A DNA stretch of 64,000 nucleotides from Gammaproteobacteria bacterium (lineage in GTDB: Bacteria > Pseudomonadota > Gammaproteobacteria > S012-40). The notes beneath the pieces are model-generated. The model did not search any database. It saw only the letters and a list, made by a program, of their open reading frames with translations, and was not told the origin of the DNA. A program made the position numbers and the translations under genes. The stretch is from contig WFPC01000050.1 of the NCBI GenBank assembly GCA_015487785.1, positions 8,400 to 72,399 on the forward strand. Direction: 5' to 3'. Below are positions 1-10,606 of this stretch, one piece after another (the stretch's first letter is position 1; each line of letters begins with the position of its first letter).

Positions 1-209
1 ATCTCACCTTGTCGCGCATGGCCTCGGCAGGCGATATTCTGCCCGGCCTGGCGGCGATGGGCATCTTGATCGCGGCCACCAGCAATTCCCTGGTCAAGGG
101 GGTACTGGCCTTGAGCATCGGTGGACCGACCTTGGGCTTGCGTGTGTTCGTCCCCTTGCTGGTGGCCGGCTTGACCGGCATCGGCCTGGTCTGGTTCGGC
201 ATGGATTGA
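1..209 (+). CDS. C-terminal part of MgtC/DUF4010-like membrane protein (partial, runs off window)
   Basis: Hydrophobic ORF end ...AAMGILIAATSNSLVKGVLALSIGG..., typical of the DUF4010 C-terminus. Confidence 0.6.
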   Translation, partial: LTLSRMASAGDILPGLAAMGILIAATSNSLVKGVLALSIGGPTLGLRVFVPLLVAGLTGIGLVWFGMD

Positions 210-230
210 ACCAGGAACCTTTTCCTGCCG

Positions 231-355
231 CTTGCGTCGTCATCCTTAAACAGTGTCATTTTCCCGGAAAACGTGATCCGTTTCACGAAACCTCGTTGTC
301 GCCATCAAAGCGGCGGCTGCGGGGACGATGAGGAAAATGACAGCAATGACGCAAG
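231..355 (+). ncRNA. Candidate structured leader RNA (unknown family)
   Basis: Nested complementarity: 231-240/346-355, 254-264/332-342 (11 bp perfect), hairpins 272-287 and 291-324. G-U pairs favour the + strand. Confidence 0.45.
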
Positions 356-377
356 TTCAATTGATAGAGGTAGGAAA

Positions 378-563
378 ATGTCAAGAATCGACAATTACTT
401 GCAACTGGGTCCCGCGGTAGCGGAATTCGAGGACAGCTATTTCGTCGACGAGGCCCGCCTGGAACCCAATTCGGTGCACATCACCGACGACTGGGATACC
501 CAGATGGAAGAGTATTTCGACGACTTCGAGGATTTCGATTCCGCTTTCGAAGACGATTTCTGA
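378..563 (+). CDS. Small highly acidic hypothetical protein (61 aa)
   Basis: ATG at 378 after GAGGTAGG; host-like GAC/TTC codons; 20 Asp/Glu versus 2 Arg. Confidence 0.65.
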   Translation: MSRIDNYLQLGPAVAEFEDSYFVDEARLEPNSVHITDDWDTQMEEYFDDFEDFDSAFEDDF

Positions 564-606
564 ATTTCGGCTTTCCCCTTTGCCAGGGCGGGTGATAGCC
601 ACGCAA

Positions 607-1488
607 TCACCGCCTGCCCTGGCTCCTTTCACCAAGGAACGACAGCATGGCCAGGGCCGCATTGGATAGGGTGCGCTGGCGGTGTTGTATCACGCCCAAT
701 TGTCGCTCCAGCTCCAGGCCCTCGATGCGCAGCGGCTTCAGTTCCTCGTTTACCAGGGTCATCGGCAGCACGCTCCAACCCAGGCCCACCGAAACCATCA
801 TGCGAATGATCTCCAGGTAATTGGTGGCCAGCGATACCGTCAGGCTGGCATCCCGCGGCAGGGCGTTTTCCAGTAATTCCCGGGTATAGGTGTTGCGTTC
901 CGGCAGAATGGCCGGATAGTCACACAATTGCCCGGCTTGTACCTTCTCCTGCTGTGCCAGGGGATGCGCGGGTGCCACTACCACTGCCAGGGGGTCGGGC
1001 CAGATCACATGCTGGCGCAATGAAGGCTTGGGCCGGTTGGGCAGGGTGACCAGGGCAATTTCCAGCTCGCCTTGCTCCACTTGGTGGCAGGCCTGTTCCG
1101 AGCCCATGAAGCGCAGATCCAATTCTACCTCGGGATAGCGCTCGTGATAGCGGCGCAGAATGGGTGGCAGGTGATGCAGGCCGATGTGGTGGCTGGTGCC
1201 CAGGCGCAGGCGGCCACTGACCTCGTTGGAGAGTTGCTGAATGGCGCGCAGGCCGTCGTCCAGCCGATGCAGGGTGGCGCGAGCATGGGGCAGCAAGGCG
1301 CGACCAGCCTCGGTGAGCCGGATGTGCTGGCGGCCGAGACGGTCGAACAAGGCTTCGCCAAGTTCACTTTCCAGCCTGGCGATGCGCTTGCTGATGGCTG
1401 GCTGGGTGAGATATAGGGCCTGGGCTGCGCGCGAAAAGGAACCGTGTTCGGCCACGCTGACGAAGGCCTGTAGTTCGCTGATATCCAT
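607..1488 (-). CDS. LysR family transcriptional regulator divergent from leuC
   Basis: N-terminal HTH (SFSRAAQALYLTQPAISKRI) plus substrate-binding domain. Confidence 0.95.
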   Translation of the reverse strand: MDISELQAFVSVAEHGSFSRAAQALYLTQPAISKRIARLESELGEALFDRLGRQHIRLTEAGRALLPHARATLHRLDDGLRAIQQLSNEVSGRLRLGTSHHIGLHHLPPILRRYHERYPEVELDLRFMGSEQACHQVEQGELEIALVTLPNRPKPSLRQHVIWPDPLAVVVAPAHPLAQQEKVQAGQLCDYPAILPERNTYTRELLENALPRDASLTVSLATNYLEIIRMMVSVGLGWSVLPMTLVNEELKPLRIEGLELERQLGVIQHRQRTLSNAALAMLSFLGERSQGRR

Positions 1489-1496
1489 GATTTATC

Positions 1497-1511
1497 ATTC
1501 CAAAATAGAAT
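1497..1511. promoter_or_regulatory. Putative LysR binding box
   Basis: ATTC-N7-GAAT dyad (T-N11-A) between the LysR gene and leuC. Confidence 0.5.
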
Positions 1512-1591
1512 GTATATCATGAAAAATATAAATTTGTGTAATGTCCTGCGCGACGCTATGCTTTCTTTCACTTGACGAGAGGAGAAAAGTC

Positions 1592-3004
1592 ATGTCGCCC
1601 AAGACGCTCTATGACAAACTCTGGGAACAGCATGTGGTGCGCGAGGACGACGACGGTACCGCCTTGCTCTACATCGATCGGCACCTGGTGCACGAGGTGA
1701 CCTCGCCCCAGGCCTTCGAGGGCCTGCGCCTGGCGGGGCGCAAACCTTGGCGGGCCAGCGCCAACCTGGCCACGCCGGATCACAATGTGCCCACTACCGA
1801 GCGTAGTCACGGAATCAGCGATCCGGTATCGCGCCTGCAAGTGGAAACCCTGGATCGCAACTGCCGTGAGTTTGGTATCGTCGAATTCAGTATGACCGAT
1901 CCCCGCCAGGGTATCGTGCACGTGGTGGGACCGGAGCAGGGCGCTACCCTGCCGGGCATGACCGTGGTCTGTGGCGATTCCCATACCGCCACCCACGGCG
2001 CCTTCGGGGCCCTGGCCTTTGGTATCGGTACCTCGGAGGTGGAGCACGTACTGGCCACCCAGTGTTTGATCCAGAAAAAGTCCCGCAACATGCTGGTCTC
2101 GGTGGAGGGCCAAGTGGGCAGAGGGGTCACGGCCAAGGACATCGTGCTGGCTATCATCGGCGAGATTGGCACGGCCGGCGGCACGGGTCACGCCATCGAA
2201 TTCGCTGGCGAGGCCATCCGGGCACTGTCCATGGAAGGGCGAATGACGGTGTGCAACATGGCCATAGAGGCCGGTGCCCGTGCCGGCATGGTGGCGGTGG
2301 ATGACAAGACCATCGCCTATGTGGAGGGACGGCCCTTTGCGCCCCGCGGCGCCCTGTGGGACAAGGCCGTTGCCGCCTGGCAGGACTTGCACAGTGATGC
2401 GGGGGCCCATTTCGATCGCGTAGTGTGCATGGATGCGGCCACCATCGAGCCCCAGGTCACCTGGGGCACCTCACCGGAAATGGTGGTGCCGGTGGGTGGG
2501 TGGGTGCCCGACCCGGCGGCGGAGACGGACCCGGTGAAGCGCGAGGGCATGGAAGCGGCGCTCGATTACATGGGCTTGCAGCCCGGTACTTCCATGACCG
2601 ATATCGCCCTGGACAAGATTTTCATCGGTTCCTGCACCAATTCGCGCATCGAGGATCTGCGCGAAGCCGCGGCGGTGGTCAAGGGACGCAGACTGGCGTC
2701 GAATATCAAGCAGGCTCTGGTGGTGCCCGGCTCTGGCCTGGTCAAGGCCCAGGCTGAGCGTGAGGGACTGGATCGTATTTTCACCGAGGCAGGCTTCGAA
2801 TGGCGCGAACCTGGTTGTTCCATGTGCCTGGCCATGAATGCCGACCGTTTGGAGTCCGGCGAGCGTTGTGCCGCCACCTCCAATCGTAATTTCGAGGGTC
2901 GCCAGGGCCCGGGTGGGCGCACCCACCTGGTGAGTCCGGCCATGGCCGCCGCGGCGGGCATCGCCGGGCATTTCGTCGACGTGCGTGAATTTAGCGGAGC
3001 ATGA
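1592..3004 (+). CDS. leuC: 3-isopropylmalate dehydratase large subunit
   Basis: [37 protein letters not shown]; RBS GGAGA. Confidence 0.98.
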   Translation: MSPKTLYDKLWEQHVVREDDDGTALLYIDRHLVHEVTSPQAFEGLRLAGRKPWRASANLATPDHNVPTTERSHGISDPVSRLQVETLDRNCREFGIVEFSMTDPRQGIVHVVGPEQGATLPGMTVVCGDSHTATHGAFGALAFGIGTSEVEHVLATQCLIQKKSRNMLVSVEGQVGRGVTAKDIVLAIIGEIGTAGGTGHAIEFAGEAIRALSMEGRMTVCNMAIEAGARAGMVAVDDKTIAYVEGRPFAPRGALWDKAVAAWQDLHSDAGAHFDRVVCMDAATIEPQVTWGTSPEMVVPVGGWVPDPAAETDPVKREGMEAALDYMGLQPGTSMTDIALDKIFIGSCTNSRIEDLREAAAVVKGRRLASNIKQALVVPGSGLVKAQAEREGLDRIFTEAGFEWREPGCSMCLAMNADRLESGERCAATSNRNFEGRQGPGGRTHLVSPAMAAAAGIAGHFVDVREFSGA

Positions 3005-3007
3005 TCT

Positions 3008-3652
3008 ATGGAAGCGTTCAGAAAACTCGATGGTCTCGTGGCCCCGCTGGACCGGGCCAATGTGGATACCGACGCCATTATTCCCAAGCAGTTTCTCAAG
3101 TCCATCAAGCGTACCGGCTTTGGCCCCAACCTGTTCGACGAATGGCGCTACCTGGATCATGGCGAGCCCGGCATGGACAACAGCAAACGGCCCTTGAACC
3201 CGGAGTTCGTGCTCAACCAGCCCCGTTACCAGGGTGCCAGCATCCTGTTGGCGCGGGAAAACTTCGGTTGCGGCTCCAGTCGCGAGCATGCGCCGTGGGC
3301 CTTGCTGGACTACGGTTTCCGGGTCATTATCGCGCCCAGTTTTGCCGACATTTTCTATAACAACTGCTTCAAAAATGGTATTCTGCCCGTTGTTCTGGAT
3401 GCCGCCGAAGTCGACGATCTGTTCCGTGAAGTCGAGGCCACGCCCGGCTACCGGTTGAACGTCGACCTGGAGTCCCAGACCATCACCAAGCCCACCGGCG
3501 AGCGAATCGGGTTCGAGGTCGATGCCTTCCGCAAACACTGCCTGCTCAATGGCCTGGATGACATCGGCCTGACCCTGCAGCATGTGGATGAGATCAAGAC
3601 CTATGAGGCCCGCCGCCGTCGCGAGGCGCCCTGGCTGTTTGCCGCGGAGTGA
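3008..3652 (+). CDS. leuD: 3-isopropylmalate dehydratase small subunit
   Basis: [28 protein letters not shown]. Confidence 0.98.
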   Translation: MEAFRKLDGLVAPLDRANVDTDAIIPKQFLKSIKRTGFGPNLFDEWRYLDHGEPGMDNSKRPLNPEFVLNQPRYQGASILLARENFGCGSSREHAPWALLDYGFRVIIAPSFADIFYNNCFKNGILPVVLDAAEVDDLFREVEATPGYRLNVDLESQTITKPTGERIGFEVDAFRKHCLLNGLDDIGLTLQHVDEIKTYEARRRREAPWLFAAE

Positions 3653-3665
3653 GAAAAGGAAACAC

Positions 3666-4835
3666 ATGAGCAAGAACGTTTTGATTCTGCCCGGTGACGG
3701 CATTGGTCCCGAGATCGTCGCCGAGGCCGTCAAGATCCTCAACTGCCTGCGCCAGGAGTGTGACCTGGACGTTGAACTGGAGCACGGCCTGGTGGGCGGT
3801 GCGGCCATCGATGCTTGCGGTAGTCCGTTGCCCGAAAAAACCCTGCAGCAGGCGCACGAGGCCGATGCCATCCTGCTGGGTGCGGTGGGCGGGCCCAAGT
3901 GGGAGAGTCTGGACATCACCATGCGGCCGGAGAAGGGCCTACTGGGTTTGCGGGCGGGGCTGGAACTGTTCTCCAACTTGCGTCCGGCCATCCTCTATCC
4001 GCAACTGGCCGGAGCTTCCACCCTGCGTCCCGAGGTGGTGTCCGGACTGGATATCATGATCGTGCGTGAACTTACCGGCGGGATTTATTTTGGTCAGCCA
4101 CGGGGCATCCGTACTCTGGACAATGGTGAACGCCAGGGCTTCAATACCCTGGTCTATAGCGAGTCCGAAATCCGCCGTATCGGTCGCTCGGCCTTCGATA
4201 TCGCGCGCAAGCGCAATAAGCGGGTGTGCTCGGTGGACAAGGCCAATGTGCTGGAGTGTACAGAATTGTGGCGCGAGGTGATGGAGGAGGTGGCCAGGGA
4301 CTATCCCGACGTGGAGCTGAGCCACATGTATGTGGACAATGCGGCCATGCAACTGGTGCGGGCGCCCAAGCAATTCGATGTGCTTGTCACCACCAATATG
4401 TTCGGTGATATCCTCTCCGACTGTGCCGCCATGCTCACCGGCTCCATCGGCATGCTGCCCTCGGCCTCGCTGGATGCGGCGGGCAAGGGCATGTACGAAC
4501 CCATACACGGCTCGGCGCCCGATATCGCCGGCCGGGGTATCGCCAATCCCCTGGCCACCATCCTTTCCGTGGCCATGATGCTGCGCTATTCGCTGGATCA
4601 GCCGGCCCTGGCCGGGCGGGTGGAGGCGGCGGTGAACGCGGTATTGGACGAGGGTCTGCGCACGCCGGATATCTACACCGAGGATACGGTGAAGGTGGGC
4701 ACGCAGGAGATGGGCGACGCGGTGATGGCCGCCATCAAGCGCGGTCTGTGGGACGAGGTCACCGGATCCCTGCCGGCGCAGGAGCGCAGCGAGATCTGCG
4801 CCCGCAGCGGTGGACACACCAACGACCAGGATTGA
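3666..4835 (+). CDS. leuB: 3-isopropylmalate dehydrogenase
   Basis: [32 protein letters not shown]. Confidence 0.97.
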   Translation: MSKNVLILPGDGIGPEIVAEAVKILNCLRQECDLDVELEHGLVGGAAIDACGSPLPEKTLQQAHEADAILLGAVGGPKWESLDITMRPEKGLLGLRAGLELFSNLRPAILYPQLAGASTLRPEVVSGLDIMIVRELTGGIYFGQPRGIRTLDNGERQGFNTLVYSESEIRRIGRSAFDIARKRNKRVCSVDKANVLECTELWREVMEEVARDYPDVELSHMYVDNAAMQLVRAPKQFDVLVTTNMFGDILSDCAAMLTGSIGMLPSASLDAAGKGMYEPIHGSAPDIAGRGIANPLATILSVAMMLRYSLDQPALAGRVEAAVNAVLDEGLRTPDIYTEDTVKVGTQEMGDAVMAAIKRGLWDEVTGSLPAQERSEICARSGGHTNDQD

Positions 4836-4897
4836 ACCCGGGCCGCGCCGGGCCGCGCGCGGCAAGACTGTGAACCAAGCCGAGCAACAGGTGGATC

Positions 4898-5920
4898 ATG
4901 TCCAAGACATATAATGTGGCAATCGTCGGGGCGACCGGCGCAGTGGGCGAGACCATGTTGTCCATACTGGAACAGCGTGATTTTCCCGTCGGCAAGCTGT
5001 ACCTGCTGGCCAGCAGTCGCTCCGCAGGGCGGCGCATGGCCTTCAAAGGACAATACGTGGTGGTGCAGGACCTGGCCGAGTTCGACTTCAGCCAGGTGCA
5101 GATCGGTCTGTTTTCGGCCGGGGGTGCCATTTCCCGTGAACATGCCCCCCGCGCTGCCGCCGCCGGTTGCGTGGTGATCGACAACACCTCGGAATTTCGC
5201 TACGACGATGATATTCCGTTGGTGGTGCCCGAGGTCAATGCCGAGCGCATCGAAGATTACCGCAACCGTAACATCATCGCCAACCCCAATTGCTCCACCA
5301 TCCAGATGCTGGTGGCGCTCAAGCCCATCTACGATGCGGTGGGCATCGAGCGCATCAATGTGGCCACCTACCAAGCGGTGTCCGGCACCGGCAAGGAAGC
5401 GATCGAGGAACTGGCCAGCCAGACTGCGGCCCTGCTCAACGGCAAGGAGATCAAGACCGAGGTCTATCCCCGGCAGATCGCGTTCAACTGTCTGCCGCAA
5501 ATCGACGTCTTCCAGGACAACGGCTATACCCGCGAGGAAATGAAAATGGTCTGGGAGACCAAGAAAATCCTCGAGGACGACGACATCCAGGTCAATCCCA
5601 CTGCCGTGCGGGTACCGGTGTTCTATGGTCATTCGGAGGCGATACACATCGAAACCCGGGACAAGATCACCACCCTGATGGCGCGTGATCTGCTGGAGAA
5701 TGCTCCGGGCGTGTGCCTGCTCGACCAGCGCGAGGACGGCGGTTATCCCACCGCGGTGACCGAGGGTGCCGGCAACGATCCCGTCTATGTGGGCCGTATT
5801 CGGGAAGACATCTCCCATCCGCGCGGGCTGGATCTGTGGGTGGTGGCCGACAACGTGCGCAAGGGCGCCGCGCTCAACAGTGTTCAGATCGCGGAAATCC
5901 TGGCGACCCGTTATCTCTAG
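4898..5920 (+). CDS. asd: Aspartate-semialdehyde dehydrogenase
   Basis: VGATGAVG, IIANPNCST, DNVRKGAALN. Confidence 0.97.
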   Translation: MSKTYNVAIVGATGAVGETMLSILEQRDFPVGKLYLLASSRSAGRRMAFKGQYVVVQDLAEFDFSQVQIGLFSAGGAISREHAPRAAAAGCVVIDNTSEFRYDDDIPLVVPEVNAERIEDYRNRNIIANPNCSTIQMLVALKPIYDAVGIERINVATYQAVSGTGKEAIEELASQTAALLNGKEIKTEVYPRQIAFNCLPQIDVFQDNGYTREEMKMVWETKKILEDDDIQVNPTAVRVPVFYGHSEAIHIETRDKITTLMARDLLENAPGVCLLDQREDGGYPTAVTEGAGNDPVYVGRIREDISHPRGLDLWVVADNVRKGAALNSVQIAEILATRYL

Positions 5921-5939
5921 TCCGGCGGTTGGCGCGAAC

Positions 5940-7793
5940 ATGGTCCGGCTCATGGCAGGGAAGCTGCTGGCGTTCTTGCTGTTGTTCGCCGGTGTGCCTG
6001 CCCATGCCCTGGAGTTGAGTGACATACAGGTCCATTCGGCGCTCGATCAACCCCTGCGCGCCAGTATCGAAATCGAAGACGCCAGCAGCACGGAGCTGGA
6101 CAGCCTCGAAGTGAAGCTGGCCGAGCCGGAACTCTATCAACGCCTCGAACTCGACTATGCTGCCATTCTCGAGACCTTGAGCCTGCGCCTGGAACGCAAG
6201 GCGGACAAGGCACGCATCCATATCGCCAGTGCGCAGCCCATGCGCGAGCCCTTTCTGGATTTCCTGCTGGAACTGAAGTGGGACAAGGGGCGGTTGGTGC
6301 GCGAATTCGTGATCCTGCTCGACCCGCCCAGCCTGTTGCGGCAAAAACTGCCGGCGGTACGGCCACCGGCCAGCGCTGGAATACCGGCCGGAGCCACTAC
6401 AACTGGCGGGAAAGCGACGGCGGGTGCTTCTGCCTATGGGCCGGTGAAGCGGGGTGAAACCCTGTGGCGCATCGCCACGCGTCTGCGCCCACCCGGCCTC
6501 ACTACCGAGCAAATGATGCTGGCCCTACTGGATGAAAATCCCCAGGCCTTCGTGGGCAACAACGTCAATCGCCTGCGCGAGGGAGCGATACTGCGCTTGC
6601 CCGACCCGGCGCGTGCCGGCCAGAGGCGCAGTGCCGATGAGGCACTGCGGGAATTCGCCCGGCAGTATCAGCAATGGCTGGCCGAGACCCGGCAGTCGGG
6701 ACAGGCCGGCAGACCCGTTGTCACCCCTGCGGGCAATGAAGTACCGGCGGCGGCCACTTCCCCCCGGCTGGAACTGTTGGCCGTGGACGAGGCCGCGGTG
6801 CAAGGCGGTAAGGGCCGTGCCGGTGGCGATAGTCTGCAAGCCCTGAAAGACAAGCTGGCCCTGGTGACCGAGGCCGTGGCGGTGGCCGAACGACGCAACG
6901 AGGAACTCAACCGCCGCCTGCAACTTCTGCAGCGACAGGTGGAGCAATTGCTGGCGGCCAAGGCGGCATTGGAGAGCGCGCAGGCAGTGGGAGCAGGAAG
7001 CGACAGCGAGGCCCCGCCGCGCATGCTTAGCCTGTTGGGAGAAAAGCCGCCGGCCAGTGGCCTGTCGCAGCCACAGATGGAGCGGGCACTCGCGCCCTGG
7101 TGGCGTGATCCCTGGTTGTTGGGGACCCTGGCGGCAGCCCTGTTGGTCACCCTGGTCCTGGCCACACTGCTCTACCGGGCTGCGCGCCGAGGTCGTCGGG
7201 CTGGCGAACAGCAACAGGATGAGACCCGCGGCAGCGACAGCGTGGGCCTGGAGCCATTGACCGAAATGGCGCACGAGGAGGGCGCGTGGCATGGCGACAG
7301 CCACGACATCGATCCCCTGATCGAGGCCGATCTCTACCTGCTGTACGAAAATTTCGACAAGGCCGAGAAACTCCTGAAGGAGGCCATCGAGGCCGATCCG
7401 GGACGTGACGAACTCAAGCTCAAGCTACTGGAAACCGTTTGCAAGAAACAGGATAAAGATGCCTTTCTCGACTTGGCCGAGGAGTTTTTTGCCGCCCTGG
7501 AGGGCAATCGCGGCCACCCGGCCTGGTCGCAGGTAGTGGTCATGGCCGAGAAGCTGGGGCTAATGGACAACCCGCTGTTTACGGACAATCCTCCGTCGCG
7601 GAGTGTGCCGGAAAAGCCTTCACCCTTCGAACGCGAGGATGAGCCGGGCACCCAGCTCGACCTGGCCCGTGTCTACTTGGAAATGGGCGACAAGGAGCAG
7701 GCCAGGGAAGCCCTGCAGCAGGTGATGCAGCGGGGCAGCGAAGAGCAGAGGAGCCAGGCCCGGGCCTGGCTCGAACAACTGGACAAGGATTGA
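5940..7793 (+). CDS. fimV: FimV/HubP polar landmark protein
   Basis: Signal peptide, SALDQPLRA, LysM (YGPVKRGETLWRIA), TM helix, C-terminal LDLARVYLEMGD; lies after asd. Confidence 0.9.
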   Translation: MVRLMAGKLLAFLLLFAGVPAHALELSDIQVHSALDQPLRASIEIEDASSTELDSLEVKLAEPELYQRLELDYAAILETLSLRLERKADKARIHIASAQPMREPFLDFLLELKWDKGRLVREFVILLDPPSLLRQKLPAVRPPASAGIPAGATTTGGKATAGASAYGPVKRGETLWRIATRLRPPGLTTEQMMLALLDENPQAFVGNNVNRLREGAILRLPDPARAGQRRSADEALREFARQYQQWLAETRQSGQAGRPVVTPAGNEVPAAATSPRLELLAVDEAAVQGGKGRAGGDSLQALKDKLALVTEAVAVAERRNEELNRRLQLLQRQVEQLLAAKAALESAQAVGAGSDSEAPPRMLSLLGEKPPASGLSQPQMERALAPWWRDPWLLGTLAAALLVTLVLATLLYRAARRGRRAGEQQQDETRGSDSVGLEPLTEMAHEEGAWHGDSHDIDPLIEADLYLLYENFDKAEKLLKEAIEADPGRDELKLKLLETVCKKQDKDAFLDLAEEFFAALEGNRGHPAWSQVVVMAEKLGLMDNPLFTDNPPSRSVPEKPSPFEREDEPGTQLDLARVYLEMGDKEQAREALQQVMQRGSEEQRSQARAWLEQLDKD

Positions 7794-7804
7794 GCCCTGC
7801 CGGC

Positions 7805-9025
7805 TCAGGCGGTGTACTTGCGGAACACCAGGCTGGCGTTGGTGCCGCCGAAACCGAAGCTGTTGGACATTACTGTTTTGAGGCCGACGTTTTCGAGGGG
7901 CTGGCGAACCAGGGGCAGACCCTCGGCGGCGGGATCGAGTTCCTCGATATTGGCCGAGGCGGACACGAAATCCTGTTCCAGCATCAACAGGCTGTAGATG
8001 GCCTCGTGCACCCCGGCGGCTCCCAGGGAATGCCCGGTGAGCGACTTGGTGGAGCTGATCTTGGGGGCCTGCTCGCCGAACACCGTGCGCACCGCTTCCA
8101 GTTCCTTGATGTCACCGGCGGGCGTACTGGTACCATGGGCATTGATGTAATCGATGGGGCTGTCCACCGTGGCCATGGCCTGCTGCATGCAACGTACCGC
8201 GCCTTCGCCGGAGGGTTGCACCATGTCGTAGCCGTCGGAAGTGGCGCCGTAGCCCACCAGTTCGGCATAGATTCTGGCGCCGCGTTGCAGGGCGTGCTCC
8301 AGTTCTTCCAGTACCACGATGCCACCACCGCCGGAAATCACGAAGCCGTCGCGGTTGGCATCGTAGGGGCGTGAAGCAGCCTGCGGGCGGTCGTTGTACT
8401 TGGACGACAGTGCTCCCATGGCGTCGAACAGTACCGATTCGGTCCAGTCCAGTTCCTCGCCGCCGCCGGCGAAGATCATGTCCTGCTTGCCCATCTGAAT
8501 CAGCTCGTAGGCATTGCCGATGCAATGGGCGCTGGTGGAGCAGGCCGAGCTGATGGAATAGTTGACACCCTTGATCTTGAACGCGGTGGAGAGACAGGCC
8601 GAAGTGGTGCTGCCCATGGTTCGGGTGACCATGTAGGGGCCTACCCGGCGCACGCCTTTTTCACGCATGATGTCGGCGGCCAACACGGCATTTCTGTTAG
8701 AAGCTCCGCCGGAGCCGGTGATCAGGCCGATACGGGGATTGCTGATGGCCTCGCCTTCTTCCAGCCCCGCGTCCTCCAGGGCCTGTTTCATGGCGATGTA
8801 ACTGTAGGCGGCAGCGTCGCCCATGAAGCGCAACAGCTTGCGATCGATGTGTTCGGCGAGATCGATGTGAATGTCACCACAGACATGGCTGCGAAAGCCC
8901 ATGCGGGCATATTCCTCGCAGAATTCTATGCCCGATCGCCCACTTCTGAGGGAGTCGGCGACTTCCCGCGAATTATTGCCAATACTGGAAACGATACCCA
9001 ATCCGGTAACGACGACACGTCTCAA
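7805..9025 (-). CDS. fabB: Beta-ketoacyl-ACP synthase I
   Basis: [32 protein letters not shown]; downstream of fabA. Confidence 0.96.
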   Translation of the reverse strand: MRRVVVTGLGIVSSIGNNSREVADSLRSGRSGIEFCEEYARMGFRSHVCGDIHIDLAEHIDRKLLRFMGDAAAYSYIAMKQALEDAGLEEGEAISNPRIGLITGSGGASNRNAVLAADIMREKGVRRVGPYMVTRTMGSTTSACLSTAFKIKGVNYSISSACSTSAHCIGNAYELIQMGKQDMIFAGGGEELDWTESVLFDAMGALSSKYNDRPQAASRPYDANRDGFVISGGGGIVVLEELEHALQRGARIYAELVGYGATSDGYDMVQPSGEGAVRCMQQAMATVDSPIDYINAHGTSTPAGDIKELEAVRTVFGEQAPKISSTKSLTGHSLGAAGVHEAIYSLLMLEQDFVSASANIEELDPAAEGLPLVRQPLENVGLKTVMSNSFGFGGTNASLVFRKYTA

Positions 9026-9035
9026 GATAGCACCC

Positions 9036-9551
9036 TCAAAATTGATCCGTAGAGGTGAATAAACCTACCCGCAAGCCGGTTGCCTGGTAGATTTCCCTAC
9101 CATCGACTTCCATGCATGCATCCGCGATACCCATGAACAGTTTGCGCATGATAACGCGTTTCAACTGGACGCGGTAGGTAACCATTCTGTTTTTGGGGGT
9201 TACTTGGCCGGTGAACTTCACGGTCTCGGCCCCCAGGGCCCGGCCATGTCCGGGGCCGCCCATCCAGCCGAGATAGAAACCCACCAGTTGCCACATGGCG
9301 TCCAGCCCCAGACAGCCGGGCATGACCGGGTCGTTCTCGAAATGGCAATCGAAGAACCACAGCTCCGGCGTGATGTCCAGCTCGGCGATCACTTCGCCCT
9401 TGCCATAGGCACCGCCCTGATCGCTGATATGGGTGATGCGGTCGAACATCAGCATGGGCGGAAGGGGCAATTGGGCGTTGCCCGGACCGAACAGCTTACC
9501 GTGCCCACAGGCGAGCAATTCTTCCCGAGTGAAACTGGTTTGTTTTTCCAT
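9036..9551 (-). CDS. fabA: 3-hydroxyacyl-ACP dehydratase/isomerase
   Basis: [29 protein letters not shown]. Confidence 0.97.
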   Translation of the reverse strand: MEKQTSFTREELLACGHGKLFGPGNAQLPLPPMLMFDRITHISDQGGAYGKGEVIAELDITPELWFFDCHFENDPVMPGCLGLDAMWQLVGFYLGWMGGPGHGRALGAETVKFTGQVTPKNRMVTYRVQLKRVIMRKLFMGIADACMEVDGREIYQATGLRVGLFTSTDQF

Positions 9552-9682
9552 CGGCCTCTCACTAAACATGAAGCAAAGATAGCGTATTTACCGGGGCGGT
9601 GAATACAAAACGGCATAACCTACCATAGAATCGGTTTTTTTTTAACTGTAATCCGCTCTGGCAGATCTTTATTGTCACCGGC

Positions 9683-10606
9683 ATGGGCCTGGGCGCCGGA
9701 TGGGGTTACCATAGCGACATGCCTTATCCAGCCAAGAAACCCCGCCAGGATGCTTTCCTGCGCTTTGTCTTCCGTCATCTCGGGCACAGGTTTCCGCGTC
9801 TTGCCGGACACTTGTTCTATCACTTGTGGTTTCGAGTACGGCGCCTGGAAGGGCGGCAGAGTCCGCAGATCATGGCGCGCGCCGGATTTACCTGCGAAGA
9901 CTGGCCGGTCGCGGGCAAGCGCGTCAAGATCTATGCCTGCGGTCAGGGGCCGGTGGTGGTGTTGGTGCATGGCTGGAGTGGTCATGCCGGTCAATACCAG
10001 GCCTGGGTGCAAGCTCTATTGGAGGCGGGTTTCCGGGTTCTGGCCTTCGATGCGCCAGGGCATGGTGGCAGCAGTTCCAATCATACCCATCTACTGGAGA
10101 TCGAAAGCATTCTGCGTCGCATCCAGGCGCGTGAGGGCGAGTTTCATGCCGTGGTTGCGCACTCCTATGGCGGCGTGGTGGCGGCGCATGCCCTGCGAGA
10201 GGGACTGCGGGCAGGGTGTTTACTCGGCCTGGCCATGCCAGCGGATGCGCGGCGCCTGGTGGAACGCACGGCGGTCAGCCTGGCGTTGCCCGCAGCGGCG
10301 CTGGCGGAGTTCGACCGCCTGGTGGCGGCGCGCTTCGGTAGCCATTGGTGGCAGCGGATATCGCCGATCAACAATGTGGCCTCACTGGGCATACCGGGTA
10401 TGTTGGTACATGACAGGCGCGATCGCATCGTACCGGTGGCAGAGGCCGAGCGCTTGCACCGTTGCTGGCCCGGATCCCGGCTATTGTTGACCGAGGGTCT
10501 GGGGCACACGCGCCTGTTGCGCTCGGATTCGGTGATAGCACAAGGCCTGGCTTTTCTGTGTGGCCAGAAAGCCGCCGAGCATGAGCAGGTCAAAAATGAT
10601 GTCTAA
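9683..10606 (+). CDS. Alpha/beta hydrolase (start may be 9719)
   Basis: LVHGW, FDAPGHG, AHSYGG nucleophile elbow, D.IVP, GLGH. Confidence 0.85.
   Translation: MGLGAGWGYHSDMPYPAKKPRQDAFLRFVFRHLGHRFPRLAGHLFYHLWFRVRRLEGRQSPQIMARAGFTCEDWPVAGKRVKIYACGQGPVVVLVHGWSGHAGQYQAWVQALLEAGFRVLAFDAPGHGGSSSNHTHLLEIESILRRIQAREGEFHAVVAHSYGGVVAAHALREGLRAGCLLGLAMPADARRLVERTAVSLALPAAALAEFDRLVAARFGSHWWQRISPINNVASLGIPGMLVHDRRDRIVPVAEAERLHRCWPGSRLLLTEGLGHTRLLRSDSVIAQGLAFLCGQKAAEHEQVKNDV

Noticed and set aside
254-342. Type II hammerhead ribozyme reading of the three-way junction
   Set aside because: The topology is similar, but the core is ACGATGA rather than CTGATGA and the UH cleavage site and A-U pair are absent.
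273-377. N-terminal extension of the small acidic ORF (96-aa call)
   Set aside because: It overlaps the structured region and lacks an RBS; ATG 378 has a good RBS.
2471-3991. 506-aa minus-strand ORF and similar long shadow ORFs (38615-40897, 47803-49050, 49557-50819)
   Set aside because: They are antisense to clear genes and expected from GC-rich codon bias.
9584-9606. Dyad GTATTTACCG-GGG-CGGTGAATAC upstream of fabA as a FabR/DesT site
   Set aside because: It matches those consensus sites poorly and cannot be assigned from sequence alone.
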